The notes: generated by a model from the sequence alone, not told the origin. Counted from the first letter of the stretch, positions 10,579 to 21,374 are shown. The stretch is 64,000 nt of DNA from Nitrosopumilus sp. (GCA_963667665.2 OY763927.2:640001-704000); one strand, 5' to 3'. Numbers and translations: made by a program.

Positions 10579-11022
10579 ATGTCTGAAGAAAATAGTGAAT
10601 CAACTGAAATAAATTCTGAGTCACTATTAGAGATAGTTTCTGATGCTGAAGTCAATTCACGAATTAGTTTTGAAGAATTTACTGATGAAAGAACACTGAT
10701 CAGTTATGATACTTTTGGTAAAAAACAAATGAAGATCAAGGTATTGGAAGTATCTGATGAGGTTCCTCATTTAAGATGGAAACTTGGAGATCGTGTTAAA
10801 ATAACAAAAATTCTTGTGACTATCAAACATCTTGAAACACAACAAGTAGAAGAAGGTGAATTTGATATCGAATCTATTGAAAGAGAGTTAGCTGAAAAGA
10901 GACACTATACCTCAACTAACAGATGGATTCCCGTAGACTTTATTAAAAATGGATATGTTTTAAAATCGTATCACACCAGATTAATCAGCGATGCACACGC
11001 ACTAGATTATATTATATTTTGA
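10579..11022 (+). CDS. hypothetical protein
   Basis: 147-aa ORF with core-like composition, upstream TTTATAA. Confidence 0.65.
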   Translation: MSEENSESTEINSESLLEIVSDAEVNSRISFEEFTDERTLISYDTFGKKQMKIKVLEVSDEVPHLRWKLGDRVKITKILVTIKHLETQQVEEGEFDIESIERELAEKRHYTSTNRWIPVDFIKNGYVLKSYHTRLISDAHALDYIIF

Positions 11023-11094
11023 TTAGATATTGTATCAAAAATTTATGATTAATCTCTGAAAAACATTATAAACAAAAGAATTTGAAAATGGTGT

Positions 11095-11412
11095 ATGAGT
11101 TCAAAAGAATTCGAAGTGAATGGAACTGATTACAAAGTTGTATTAACAGACCAAGTAATCGGCCAAGTAAACAATCTCAAAGATCTTTATAATGCAGCAT
11201 ACGAAGATCCTGAAAGCTTTGAGGATGTCAGTGCTGAAATTTCAAGTACAATTAATGAAATTGCTAGTATTGTAAAACCCCCAGCAGAAGACAGTGATCT
11301 TGATGGACTAATTCAAGAAATTATTAAAGCAGTAGATACCAAGGCATCAGAAATTGAGAAGGAACTACAAGAAAAAGAAAAACCTGAGAAAAAATCAAAA
11401 TCTAAAAAATAA
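11095..11412 (+). CDS. acidic hypothetical protein
   Basis: 105-aa ORF, upstream TTATAAA box. Confidence 0.65.
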   Translation: MSSKEFEVNGTDYKVVLTDQVIGQVNNLKDLYNAAYEDPESFEDVSAEISSTINEIASIVKPPAEDSDLDGLIQEIIKAVDTKASEIEKELQEKEKPEKKSKSKK

Positions 11413-11474
11413 TCAACCATAAACTCATAAAAAATCAAGACATACATTATATTCTAAATAAGATAATTATAATT

Positions 11475-11591
11475 ATGTCAAGAAGCTGTGAATGTGGTAT
11501 TTGCGGTCATCATAGTGAATCAGAATGCCTTGAAAAAGAATGTAAATGCTGTTTAAATTTTCATGAAAGATCAGGTCCAAAACGAAAATAA
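11475..11591 (+). CDS. Cys/His-rich micro-protein (38 aa)
   Basis: MSRSCECGICGHHSESECLEKECKCCLNFHERSGPKRK*. Confidence 0.55.
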   Translation: MSRSCECGICGHHSESECLEKECKCCLNFHERSGPKRK

Positions 11592-11602
11592 TTTTTTTTA
11601 AC

Positions 11603-11710
11603 TTAACTATCTTTATTGAAGCAACCACACTTTTTTGAAATATGTCTTGAACATCCAAACAATTTATGATCTTTACAACCACATAACACACATTTTTTTT
11701 CAGCAGTCAT
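11603..11710 (-). CDS. Cys-rich micro-protein (35 aa)
   Basis: MTAEKKCVLCGCKDHKLFGCSRHISKKCGCFNKDS*; ATGA-coupled to upstream ORF. Confidence 0.5.
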   Translation of the reverse strand: MTAEKKCVLCGCKDHKLFGCSRHISKKCGCFNKDS

Positions 11711-12081
11711 AATTTTTCAATTAATTCCTTAACTTCATCCATCATTTTTTTATCTTCTAGTGCTTCCAATATCTTTAATCGCATATTTTTTACCCTTTTG
11801 AGATCATTGGAATATAATGGTGCCATAGTTTCAATTTCTTTTTCAAAGTAATAATTATCCAAATAATACTGAAATTTGGATTTTACTGTACTAAAATTAA
11901 ACGAAGTAATTTTTTCAGTATCAATTTTTTTTAATACAACTTTTAAGAATCCATTAATTTTCAGTATCTCTTTTTTAATATTATTAAGATCTTCATTTTT
12001 ATCTTCAATTTCTTTCAGTTTTTTGTATGAATCAAATATCTGCTTTAGTATGTTTTTTAAATATTCATTATAAGTGACCAC
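11707..12081 (-). CDS. hypothetical protein
   Basis: 124-aa helical ORF. Confidence 0.6.
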   Translation of the reverse strand: MVTYNEYLKNILKQIFDSYKKLKEIEDKNEDLNNIKKEILKINGFLKVVLKKIDTEKITSFNFSTVKSKFQYYLDNYYFEKEIETMAPLYSNDLKRVKNMRLKILEALEDKKMMDEVKELIEKL

Positions 12082-12179
12082 AGTTATTTTTAAGATTAAT
12101 CTAATCTAAAGTTTAGGAAAAATAGCTTGACTTGTATAAAATTTACACATTTGCTTTAAATTATCACCAATTATCTGTA

Positions 12180-13523
12180 ATGACAATGCAGGATGATGCT
12201 TATCTCAAATGTATTGATCCACAATGTGGTTTAGAGTACCCAATTAAGAGTACAAATGTACAATGTGAGGAAGGTCACATGTTAGATGTCAAATATAAAA
12301 ACAAGTTATCAGATAAATTAAAGGAAATATTTTACAAAAGACGAAATTCTCAGGGGAACATTTTCAATGAAAGTGGAGTTTGGAGATTTAGAGAATTGTT
12401 AAATTTTTGCCAGATAGATACTGAAGATATTGAAGAGTGTTCAAAATATCTAGTATCGCTTGATGGAGCAGAGGGAAGACAATCAAAGCCATACCAAATG
12501 TCAAAAGCAGCAGAATTTACAGGAACATCAAATGAAAATTTATGGCTACAGCCTGAAGGATACAACCCAAGTGGCTCTTTCAAAGATAACGGTATGGCTA
12601 CAGCAGTAACTCATGCAAAAATGGTGAATGCGAAAAGAATTGTTTGTGCATCAACTGGAAACACATCAGCTTCTGCTGGAATGTTTGCAGCAAATGAGGG
12701 GATGAACTGCGATGTATATATTCCTGCAGGACAAATTGCACCAGGAAAACTCAGTCAAGCATATCAGTTTGGGGCACAAATTGTGGAAGTAGATGGAAAT
12801 TTTGATGATGCATTAAAACAATCACTAGAAGATGTAGATAATCATGATGGATACACAGTAAACTCAATTAACCCATTTAGAATTGAAGGACAAAAAACAA
12901 TTCCATTTAGAGCATTAGAGTACCTTAATTGGGAATCACCAGATTGGATTGTTTATCCAGGAGGAGCTTTAGGAAATACTTCAAGTTGTGGAAAGGCACT
13001 AATGGAATTACATGAGTGGGGTTGGATTAAAAAAATTCCAAGAATAGCAGTCATAAATTCTGAAGGTGCAAGTACATTATCAGATTTGTATAATGGAAAT
13101 TTTGAAGGAGAAGAGCTTAGATGGAATAAAGGTAAACCAAATACTGAATTAATATCAAGATACTATAATCATTTAGATAAAGAAGGAATACGTCCAAAAA
13201 CCAAAGCTACTGCAATCCAAATTGGTAGACCGACAAATATTTTGAAAGGTTTACGTGCACTAGAATTCACAAACGGTATAGTAACAACAGTTTCAGACTC
13301 TGAAATGCTTGATGGTATGTCAGTTGTAGGTCTAAATGGTTTTGATTGTGAGATGGCATCAGGGGCAACAGTTGTAGGAATTAAGAAATTAATCAATGAA
13401 GAGATAATCAAAAAAGATGATGTAGTAGTTGGAATACTCACAGGTAGACAAAAAGATGCAATGCTTCCTGTTGAATACCATAACAATCCTGAAAATAAAT
13501 TTGCAAAACCACCAAAAAACTAG
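12180..13523 (+). CDS. thrC: threonine synthase
   Basis: NPSGSFKD PLP lysine, CASTGNTSAS, NSINPFRIEGQKT; ATG 12180 preferred. Confidence 0.95.
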   Translation: MTMQDDAYLKCIDPQCGLEYPIKSTNVQCEEGHMLDVKYKNKLSDKLKEIFYKRRNSQGNIFNESGVWRFRELLNFCQIDTEDIEECSKYLVSLDGAEGRQSKPYQMSKAAEFTGTSNENLWLQPEGYNPSGSFKDNGMATAVTHAKMVNAKRIVCASTGNTSASAGMFAANEGMNCDVYIPAGQIAPGKLSQAYQFGAQIVEVDGNFDDALKQSLEDVDNHDGYTVNSINPFRIEGQKTIPFRALEYLNWESPDWIVYPGGALGNTSSCGKALMELHEWGWIKKIPRIAVINSEGASTLSDLYNGNFEGEELRWNKGKPNTELISRYYNHLDKEGIRPKTKATAIQIGRPTNILKGLRALEFTNGIVTTVSDSEMLDGMSVVGLNGFDCEMASGATVVGIKKLINEEIIKKDDVVVGILTGRQKDAMLPVEYHNNPENKFAKPPKN

Positions 13524-13674
13524 GCTCATTTTTAGGCTCAATTAATTCATAACTGTTTCAGTATCTTAAGAGTTAAATCTCAGTTTTACAAATTTATCAT
13601 AACCAAAAGATGGTGCAAAAAAACTAAATGAATAATTTGTGTAGTTGTTCTAAGAAATTTTATCGGAGGATATC

Positions 13675-14928
13675 ATGGTAGATTTATGGGTTGAAATTGT
13701 AATCTTATCTGCTCTCATTGGATTATCTGGATTTTTTAGTGGATTAGAAGTTGCACTTGTTGGAATCAGAAAATCAAAAGTAATTCAACTGTTTCAGGAA
13801 GGAAAAAAAGGTTCAAAAGCATTACACAAATTAAAAACAAACCCAAGCTGGATGATGTCAAGTGTAAATCTTGGCAATAACCTTGTAAGTGTTGGAGCAT
13901 CTGCACTTGCAACAAGTTTAGCAATCAGATTATTTGGAGATGACGGTTTAGGAATTGCAGTTGGAGTAATGACATTTTTAATTCTTGTATTTGGTGAGAT
14001 TACTCCAAAAACATACTGTAATGCAAATTCTACTAAAATTGCACTAAGATATGCCCCGGTATTACTGACATTTAGTTATGTATTCTATCCAGTTGTGAAA
14101 TTCTTTGAAGTTATTACAAAAGGGGTAGTAAAATTAACTGGAAGTAGTTACACTCCTCCACCAATTACTGAAGAAGATATCAAAGAAGTAATTGATCAAG
14201 GATTAGAAGAAAAAGCAATTGAAAAAGAAGAGATGAAGTTAGTTAAAGGAGCTCTAAAATTTGATGACACTGTAATTCGTTCTGTAATGACTCCAAGAAC
14301 AAAGATGTTTACACTTAATTCGAAAATGTTGCTTTTTGAGGCACTACCTCAGATTAATCAAAGTGGACATTCAAGAATTCCAATTTATGGTGATACAAAA
14401 GACGATATTGTAGGATTTATTCATGCAAGGGACATTCTAAAAGAATTAGAGAAAGACAACAAGATGGCAAGTCTAGAACAGATTGCTAGAAAACCTGTTT
14501 TTGCATCTCAAGAAAAAATGGTTAGTTCTTTGTTAATGGAAATGCAAGGAAGAAGAACTCACATGGCAATTGTTATTGATGAACATGGAGGGATTGAAGG
14601 TCTGGTTACCCTAGAAGACTTGGTTGAAGAGATTGTAGGTGAGATTGAAGATGAGACAGATCTACCGAGACCAGCAGGATATGAAAAAATTGATCAAGAT
14701 ACAATAATCACTAATGGAGATATCGAGATTGATATAATTAATGAAATTTTCAAGACCAACATTCTGGAAGGAGATGACTATGCATCACTTAATGGATTAC
14801 TTCATGAAAAACTCAAAGATATTCCACAAGAAGGAGACAAGGTGGAAATAGATGAACTCAGAATAATTGTTGAAAAAGTTTCAAAAAATATTCCCAAAAA
14901 AATTAGAATTGAGAGAATTAAACACTAG
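13675..14928 (+). CDS. hemolysin/CNNM family protein (DUF21-CBS-CorC)
   Basis: SGFFSGLEVAL, LVFGEITPK, VMTPR, VIDEHGGIEGLVTLEDLVEEIVGEI. Confidence 0.92.
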   Translation: MVDLWVEIVILSALIGLSGFFSGLEVALVGIRKSKVIQLFQEGKKGSKALHKLKTNPSWMMSSVNLGNNLVSVGASALATSLAIRLFGDDGLGIAVGVMTFLILVFGEITPKTYCNANSTKIALRYAPVLLTFSYVFYPVVKFFEVITKGVVKLTGSSYTPPPITEEDIKEVIDQGLEEKAIEKEEMKLVKGALKFDDTVIRSVMTPRTKMFTLNSKMLLFEALPQINQSGHSRIPIYGDTKDDIVGFIHARDILKELEKDNKMASLEQIARKPVFASQEKMVSSLLMEMQGRRTHMAIVIDEHGGIEGLVTLEDLVEEIVGEIEDETDLPRPAGYEKIDQDTIITNGDIEIDIINEIFKTNILEGDDYASLNGLLHEKLKDIPQEGDKVEIDELRIIVEKVSKNIPKKIRIERIKH

Positions 14929-15977
14929 TCTTTTTTAGTAAAATGTTCTTGTAATTTCTGTTTTTTTTCTTTCATGTGAAAAATTGATTCAGTATGCTCA
15001 AATGCATCTTCATATGATTTTTCAAATAGCATTGCTTGCATTAGTATATGGTTTTCAGGAATCACAATGCCTGTTTGATCATCAGAATACATCATTTGAA
15101 CTGTATCACCTATTGAAGTGGTCATATTTGCATGAATGTGAATCATGTTTGTATCTGTAAAATTAAAACCCATACTTTGAGCATAATCCCTAACATCTTT
15201 GGTACCCTTTGCAGACCACAAAGTGGCTACACCAAATTCATTTGTAAAAATTTCATGAATTTCAGAAGGTTTTGGTGCTAAATCCTTGAATCTAATATCA
15301 ATTATGTGTAAATGCATTTGTCTTGTTGGGACTTTAATTGCTCGAACATAAAGAGGAGTATCCTTTCCAAAATACATCTTCACATCATCCCCATGATGAG
15401 GTTTTTCTGTCATTTCAATAGTATCTGTAATTGATTTATCAGTTTGTTCAATATCTGCCCATCTTCTAATAAGAGTCACATCAAATCGAATTAATCTATC
15501 TCCAAACTTGTCACGTAGTGGTTCGAGAATTTTTCCCATTCCAGTTACATTACAACTACCCTGCATCACATGTTGCTTACCTATGACATGTTCATAATTT
15601 ACCCTAGAGTTAAACAGTAAATCAGAGACAGCTTCAGAGCCCATAGTAGATTCCCCTCCTTGATAAATAACGGAAATATTTTTTGGTTCATAAATATTCT
15701 TTTTATTTTTGTAACCAAATCCGCCAGGAGAAGCATCAATTACTAAATCACAATCATCAAGTACAGACTCTATAGTTCCTGCAATTTTATAATTTGAAAA
15801 ATCACCCATCTTTTTTTCTGGAACATAGACATTCAAACCGCAAGAAATGGCAATCTCTACTTTATCATCAGGAGTGTATTTACCTACTCCAATAACTGTA
15901 ACCTCTGGATCATCTTTAAGAAAAGAAGTAATTCTACTACCAATGGATCCGTAACCATTAATGAAAACTTTCTTCAT
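14925..15977 (-). CDS. gap: archaeal type II glyceraldehyde-3-phosphate dehydrogenase
   Basis: INGYGSIGSR, YQGGE, SCN catalytic Cys, IVIPEN. Confidence 0.93.
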   Translation of the reverse strand: MKKVFINGYGSIGSRITSFLKDDPEVTVIGVGKYTPDDKVEIAISCGLNVYVPEKKMGDFSNYKIAGTIESVLDDCDLVIDASPGGFGYKNKKNIYEPKNISVIYQGGESTMGSEAVSDLLFNSRVNYEHVIGKQHVMQGSCNVTGMGKILEPLRDKFGDRLIRFDVTLIRRWADIEQTDKSITDTIEMTEKPHHGDDVKMYFGKDTPLYVRAIKVPTRQMHLHIIDIRFKDLAPKPSEIHEIFTNEFGVATLWSAKGTKDVRDYAQSMGFNFTDTNMIHIHANMTTSIGDTVQMMYSDDQTGIVIPENHILMQAMLFEKSYEDAFEHTESIFHMKEKKQKLQEHFTKKD

Positions 15978-15994
15978 AAATTCTGTATAACAGT

Positions 15995-16015
15995 CCCATT
16001 TATTTAGATTAGTTT
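15995..16015 (+). repeat. putative attL of island 2 (in GAPDH promoter region)
   Basis: CCCATTTATTTAGATTAGTTT; 18-bp core 15997-16014 identical to 33188-33205; extra half-site CCCATTTATTT at 16026-16036. Confidence 0.75.
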
Positions 16016-16058
16016 GACCTATATTCCCATTTATTTACTATTTTGATTCGAATATAGT

Positions 16059-17123
16059 ATGGACGAAAAGCCTAGATGTTTAGTTCTCTTTGAGGCTTCA
16101 TGTAGATCAGAAGCAACCAAACAATCCTATCTTTATGAATTAGAAAAATTTGTTAGATGGTCAAACAAGGATTATGAAGCATTACTATTTTTAGAAAAAA
16201 CGGAATTAACTGATTTACTTGTTGATTATGCTCTATACCTGAAACAAAGAGTTAGTGCAAATTCAATGCCAATTTACTTTGCAGGAATTTTCAAATTCTT
16301 TGAGATGAGTGATAGAAAATTCAACAAGAGAAAGATTAGATCACTTTATGGTGAGAGGGTAAAACGAGCAGGAGACAGACCAATTACGAGTAAGGAAATT
16401 AATTCTATGATTAGAGGTTGTTCAACTCAAAAACAAAGAGCCTTAGTTTACCTATTTTCCTCAACAGGAGCTAGACCTCAAGCCATAGCCGATCTAAAAA
16501 TGAAACACCTTGAATCTATTGGAAATGGTTGTTTATCTCTAAAACTTTACGAGGGTTCTTTGCATGAAATGTACTCATTTTTGCATGAAAACGCAACTAA
16601 TGAATTAAAACAGTATTTTGAATGGCGTGAAAAACAAGGTGAAAAGTTAAACCCAGAATCTTATGTTTTTGTAAATTCTGATGAATTAATGTTTTTGAGA
16701 GTAAAACCCATGCACAGTACATCAGTATCTTCAGTGTTTAGAGAGCTTATCGAGAAATCAGAAATTAAGAGAACAAAGGTGAATACAAAGAACTATGATT
16801 TATCTGCAACAGGTGGATTTAGAAAGAGATTCAATACTATAATGAAATTAAATCCTAATGTTTCTCAAACCATTGGTGAGATGTTAATGGATCATTCAAA
16901 TTATTTAGAGAAGCATTACTTTAAACCAACAAAAGAACAATTGTTTGCAGAATTTGAGAAAGCAATTCCTGAATTAATATTTGATGATGCAGAGAAATTA
17001 AGAATTACAAATGAGAATCAACAAAAAAAGATTAAGGAATTAGAAACAGATCAAGACAGAAAAATTATGAATCTAGAATTTATTGTCGGAGAATTATCCA
17101 AAAGATTAGAATCTAAACTATAA
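16059..17123 (+). CDS. tyrosine recombinase/integrase
   Basis: STGARP (Arg I), GFRKRF, LMDH, KHY catalytic Tyr; coiled-coil C-tail. Confidence 0.9.
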   Translation: MDEKPRCLVLFEASCRSEATKQSYLYELEKFVRWSNKDYEALLFLEKTELTDLLVDYALYLKQRVSANSMPIYFAGIFKFFEMSDRKFNKRKIRSLYGERVKRAGDRPITSKEINSMIRGCSTQKQRALVYLFSSTGARPQAIADLKMKHLESIGNGCLSLKLYEGSLHEMYSFLHENATNELKQYFEWREKQGEKLNPESYVFVNSDELMFLRVKPMHSTSVSSVFRELIEKSEIKRTKVNTKNYDLSATGGFRKRFNTIMKLNPNVSQTIGEMLMDHSNYLEKHYFKPTKEQLFAEFEKAIPELIFDDAEKLRITNENQQKKIKELETDQDRKIMNLEFIVGELSKRLESKL

Positions 17124-17164
17124 ACTTAGTTTGGTGAAGTGCCATCATATAGTGTTCAATGATT

Positions 17165-17540
17165 TGTTTTTTGAATGATTTATGATCATTAATTATTCCA
17201 TAGAACATAAAATCAAAGAGTTTAGCAATTTCTGTATTATTTCTTTTAAATTCAGCAGGACTAAGTAATTTTAATCTATATGCCAGAAAGTTTCTATTGT
17301 GAATATTTAGTGTGTTAAAATCACATTCACTAAAGTATCTATAAAGATCCTCCTGCGCAGATTTTGTAAGATAATAGATACCTTTTTTGGTTTTCTTAAA
17401 AAGTGGTTTGTGTTTTTTTACAATTAATTTTCTAAAATCCTTTGCCCAATCATGATCCCAATCTTCTTCAAAGGATATAAAATCTTTTTTTGAAACACTG
17501 ATTTGATAAACTTTTTTTGTTTTTTTTACAAAAATACATT
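17165..17540 (-). pseudogene. degraded gene remnant
   Basis: Consecutive minus-strand frames (ISFEEDWDHDWAKDFRKLI; YLTKSAQEDLYRYFSECDF) broken at A/T runs. Confidence 0.35.
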
Positions 17541-17625
17541 ATCACCTAGCTAATATTGCCACATATGAAAATCTTCTTTGCAGGGGGCTTTTGTTGGCCT
17601 TTTATAGTAATGGAGTATTGATTAT

Positions 17626-19227
17626 ATGACAACATACTACAAGGTGATACGCACCGTGACACCTGCCGATCTCGATACGCGTCCAAGGTTCGTCGAGGTA
17701 TTGAAAATAATGCCCTCTGAGGGGTACGTAACACGCAATCATTTCAAGAATATTGAAAAAAACCATATCACCCGTGGTCTGATGCACGCGTGCTCAATCG
17801 GGATACTCCAAAGAGTCTCGCCACACGATCAGGTCTTGAATCTGGAATCCGTAAAGTTCTGGTGCACTCAGTTAAATGACTCCAACTTGAAGAACACGGT
17901 CTCACCGTCAGATACCAGAAAGTTGTATTTGAATGCACTTTCCAGATTAAACGGATGGTTGCCATGCAGGCAGTTCCCCTCGCACAAGACTGTAATGTCA
18001 GATGGGCAGATAACGCGGCCGCCTATTACAAAGTCGTTTGCAAATGTGGAAGAGTTGTTGCACTATTGTACAGAGTCAGAACATGGCACAAAGACTGCAC
18101 AACGCGTTATACGTGAGTATGTGACAGATGCACATATAGTACAAATGTCCAGTAGTGTACAAACCAACATACGCACCGCCATAAAGTCGTACTTTAAAGT
18201 GAATGATATTCCACTTGATATTCCAAAGGTCAAGAAAAAACAGGCAGACAGTACGCTAGATGATGACCCCATGACCCTTGAGGACTTTTACAAGATGTTG
18301 CAAACAGGAACTCCTGGAATAAAGATGAAGACGATCATGATCATAAAGCTTCAATCTGGCATGGACTCCAGTACACTTACGGACAGGTTCAACTACGAGG
18401 GGTATCGACAGATAGTCAAGTATTTCAAGACAGACGACCATAATTCATGGAGCCTTGATTTGTGTCCCGTTCCAATCAAAACTGTCCGTGTCAAGACTGG
18501 TGTGCGGTACACGACGTTCCTTGAGCGTGATGCCATCGCACAACTACAGGAATACCTGACATGGAAGGAGACAAAGCACGGCAAGCAAGATATTGCAAAA
18601 CCACTGTTCATGACAACGAGAAACAGGCCTATATCTTCAATATGGCTATCGACGTGCTTTTCACAGGTGGCCGTTCGTGCGGGAATACAGAAAAAAGTGT
18701 CGCATAGGGTATACAAGATTAGGGCACACGAGGTACGCGACCTTTTAAAAAGCACGCTTATGGCAAGCAAATGCGCACAGTATGCGGCAGATCACGTGCT
18801 CGGACACGCACCGAAGGACTCGTATGAAAAGTCGGCCGTGTTGTATCCGAAGGAATTACGTGCAGAATACGCCAAGGCGTCCTCACGCATCAACATATTC
18901 TCAAAGGTGGAAAGTGTCCTGAACACGGCAAAGGATCCTGCCAGTCAGGACGCCCGCATAAAGGAGCTGGAGGCGCAGGTAAAATCATCAAAACAGTCCA
19001 AAACAGAAAAAAATATGACGGAAGAAACTAACAACGATATCGTAAAAAAACTGTCTCAAAAACTCGATTACGTGGTATCTATAATTAACTCACTGCCCAT
19101 CGACACCAAGGAAAAAATAGCTGACAAACTTGAAGATTTAGACAAACTTGAAGATTTAGACAAACTTGAAGATTTAGACAAACTTGAAGATTTAGACAAG
19201 TTTAAGGATTCTGACGACACGGACTAG
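17626..19227 (+). CDS. large tyrosine recombinase-family protein with C-terminal DKLEDL repeats
   Basis: QSGMD, RVKT, HEVR, LGH, DSY motifs; GC-richer than core. Confidence 0.85.
   Translation: MTTYYKVIRTVTPADLDTRPRFVEVLKIMPSEGYVTRNHFKNIEKNHITRGLMHACSIGILQRVSPHDQVLNLESVKFWCTQLNDSNLKNTVSPSDTRKLYLNALSRLNGWLPCRQFPSHKTVMSDGQITRPPITKSFANVEELLHYCTESEHGTKTAQRVIREYVTDAHIVQMSSSVQTNIRTAIKSYFKVNDIPLDIPKVKKKQADSTLDDDPMTLEDFYKMLQTGTPGIKMKTIMIIKLQSGMDSSTLTDRFNYEGYRQIVKYFKTDDHNSWSLDLCPVPIKTVRVKTGVRYTTFLERDAIAQLQEYLTWKETKHGKQDIAKPLFMTTRNRPISSIWLSTCFSQVAVRAGIQKKVSHRVYKIRAHEVRDLLKSTLMASKCAQYAADHVLGHAPKDSYEKSAVLYPKELRAEYAKASSRINIFSKVESVLNTAKDPASQDARIKELEAQVKSSKQSKTEKNMTEETNNDIVKKLSQKLDYVVSIINSLPIDTKEKIADKLEDLDKLEDLDKLEDLDKLEDLDKFKDSDDTD
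19123..19212 (+). repeat. 18-bp tandem repeat (4 perfect + 1 degenerate)
   Basis: GACAAACTTGAAGATTTA x4 then GACAAGTTTAAGGATTCT. Confidence 0.95.
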
Positions 19228-19371
19228 ATCCAGGCGTGTCGGCTACGCAACTACTACAATTTTTAGGTCTTTTATAGAAATCGTATACGTATTGTATGTC
19301 AGTTAATAGGGTTCAAAAAATACTGCACGAATACCGCACGACCCTCAAAATGTGCAGGCACGAAAGCGACT

Positions 19372-19569
19372 ATGCCGTACTGTACGATTACATGGAGATG
19401 GAGCACCCTACTGTGCCATTCGTGCTGGACTGAGGAAAAACCGGTACGCATGGACGAGGACACCGTGAAGATATACAGGCCGAGACAGTTGAGAGCTGTA
19501 CGGGTAAGGTGTCTGAACTGCAACACGCTTGTCACGGAGCAGAAAAAGTGCACAAAATGTTTTCAATAA
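19372..19569 (+). CDS. small Cys-rich Zn-finger-like protein
   Basis: CHSC, CLNC, CTKC pairs. Confidence 0.45.
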   Translation: MPYCTITWRWSTLLCHSCWTEEKPVRMDEDTVKIYRPRQLRAVRVRCLNCNTLVTEQKKCTKCFQ

Positions 19570-20093
19570 CATTAACTGTACGGTTTGAATCATTCTGTGA
19601 ATACGGATAACCTGGAAAACTCCCTGCCAGCAGACACTGTTCGTGATGTTTGCTGTCAGAATCAACGTATGTTCCACTCGTCATAGTACGACTCGTATTG
19701 TAATGTGGTTAACCTGTCAAATTCTGTTACGTTAATACCACATTAAGCATAGTCCTGTAAACAGTACCAACATGACGTACAAGATAATTTAGAAACGTTT
19801 TCTGCCCGCATTTTAGGGGCTTACATATTTGAGTACACACCTGTGTTTATTTCGTCATGTTGCTTCGGTTTCCTTTAGTTTGTAGGCATATTGATGACTG
19901 TATTTAATATATTTTTTATGATTTTTGTTGTTGTGTACTTATGTATATAGGCCCCGAAATCTCTGCATACAACCTTAAATGACGAATTTGATGTGCTTTG
20001 AGAGTATTTCCTGTTTTTCTAGGCACGACGTGAACATATATCTTTTTTAACAATACGTATCAAGAATTGTTATGTCTCTGGAGAAATACTGAA

Positions 20094-21374
20094 ATGATTA
20101 AAATTTTATGTATATCGTTGCTTGTACTACTGTGTGGCATCATCCCACTATCCTTTGGTGAGAATGCAGACGAAATCTGCAAGCAGGCAGTCTACTATGA
20201 GCAATGCTTATTCGAAAATTGGGTGATGATGTATAATGCAGACGAAATCTGCAAGCAGGCACTCTACTATGACGAGATTTATGGTGTTTATACCGAATTT
20301 GGCGTCACAGATTACGAGATGTCTACAGGCGACTTTGTGGCCTTGTGCAATGATGATGAGTATGGAACTTTTGACATCTTCCTGTCTGCTGATCAGCCCG
20401 GCACTCTGACCATGACTGTCTCAAAGGAACCATTCGATCTTATGGAACGGTTTGATTATATTAAATCCTGTAATTATGACGAATACACTATCAACGGCAG
20501 TACTATAGATTCCCATAATGCAGGCATTACTGCCAGTCAGCTATCTCAGACAGACAACTCACGAATAATTCAATTTACTTGGGACAAACCAGTACGTCAG
20601 ATCTCGTACTCGCATAATTCTGTTTCATGCATTCAGGGTCACAATGATTTAGGACTTGAACCCTCAGAACCGTTTCCTACGCGTAAACCAACATCATATA
20701 CTCAAGGTAAGATTGATAGAATATCTTACTGTCCTTCCAGTTATGTTGTATACCTTAACCATACTATTGTAAATGCTACTTTGATCCAATTTTGTGCAAG
20801 TTATGGTAACGTAGACTACAAAATCAATGCCTTTGATGATGGGTATATTGTATTGGATCTTCCCAATGATTTTTTAAGAGATGATAAGCCTTTTGAAATC
20901 TATGTATATTCTTTGAATACTATTTTTAACGTAGATTATAATCGTCCATATCCTCCCGTGTACAAACCTGTAGATGATGATCCTGTAGCTGATGAGATAA
21001 ACAAGTCACTACAAATTACACGATTGGGCACATATGACACTTTTAAGAGATATCATATCCCTTTTCTAAAGGGTGAAAATTTCCATAATCTGGGGCAGAT
21101 TACTAAAGCTATAATTTATGACATGACAGACATTCTTGCCAAATACCAAACACCTATTGGGAATATTCCTACTAGTCAATACGACATTCCAATGGAAATT
21201 ATGTCACCTAAAAAGCAATTTGAGTCAGGGATAACATTAGAAAACATTCAATGTAGAGAATTCAAGATTCTTATGCAGTCTCCTAGAAATTTACCGGCAT
21301 GTATTAATGAGTCATCTGTAGATAGTCTAATCGATAGAGGATTCATAAGGATTCTGCAGACAAATCTTGGTTAA
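20094..21374 (+). CDS. secreted/surface protein with thaumarchaeal-type C-terminal Cys domain
   Basis: Signal peptide; C-terminal SPKKQFESGITLENIQC...PAC...LIDRGF; duplicated NADEICKQAxYY. Confidence 0.7.
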   Translation: MIKILCISLLVLLCGIIPLSFGENADEICKQAVYYEQCLFENWVMMYNADEICKQALYYDEIYGVYTEFGVTDYEMSTGDFVALCNDDEYGTFDIFLSADQPGTLTMTVSKEPFDLMERFDYIKSCNYDEYTINGSTIDSHNAGITASQLSQTDNSRIIQFTWDKPVRQISYSHNSVSCIQGHNDLGLEPSEPFPTRKPTSYTQGKIDRISYCPSSYVVYLNHTIVNATLIQFCASYGNVDYKINAFDDGYIVLDLPNDFLRDDKPFEIYVYSLNTIFNVDYNRPYPPVYKPVDDDPVADEINKSLQITRLGTYDTFKRYHIPFLKGENFHNLGQITKAIIYDMTDILAKYQTPIGNIPTSQYDIPMEIMSPKKQFESGITLENIQCREFKILMQSPRNLPACINESSVDSLIDRGFIRILQTNLG

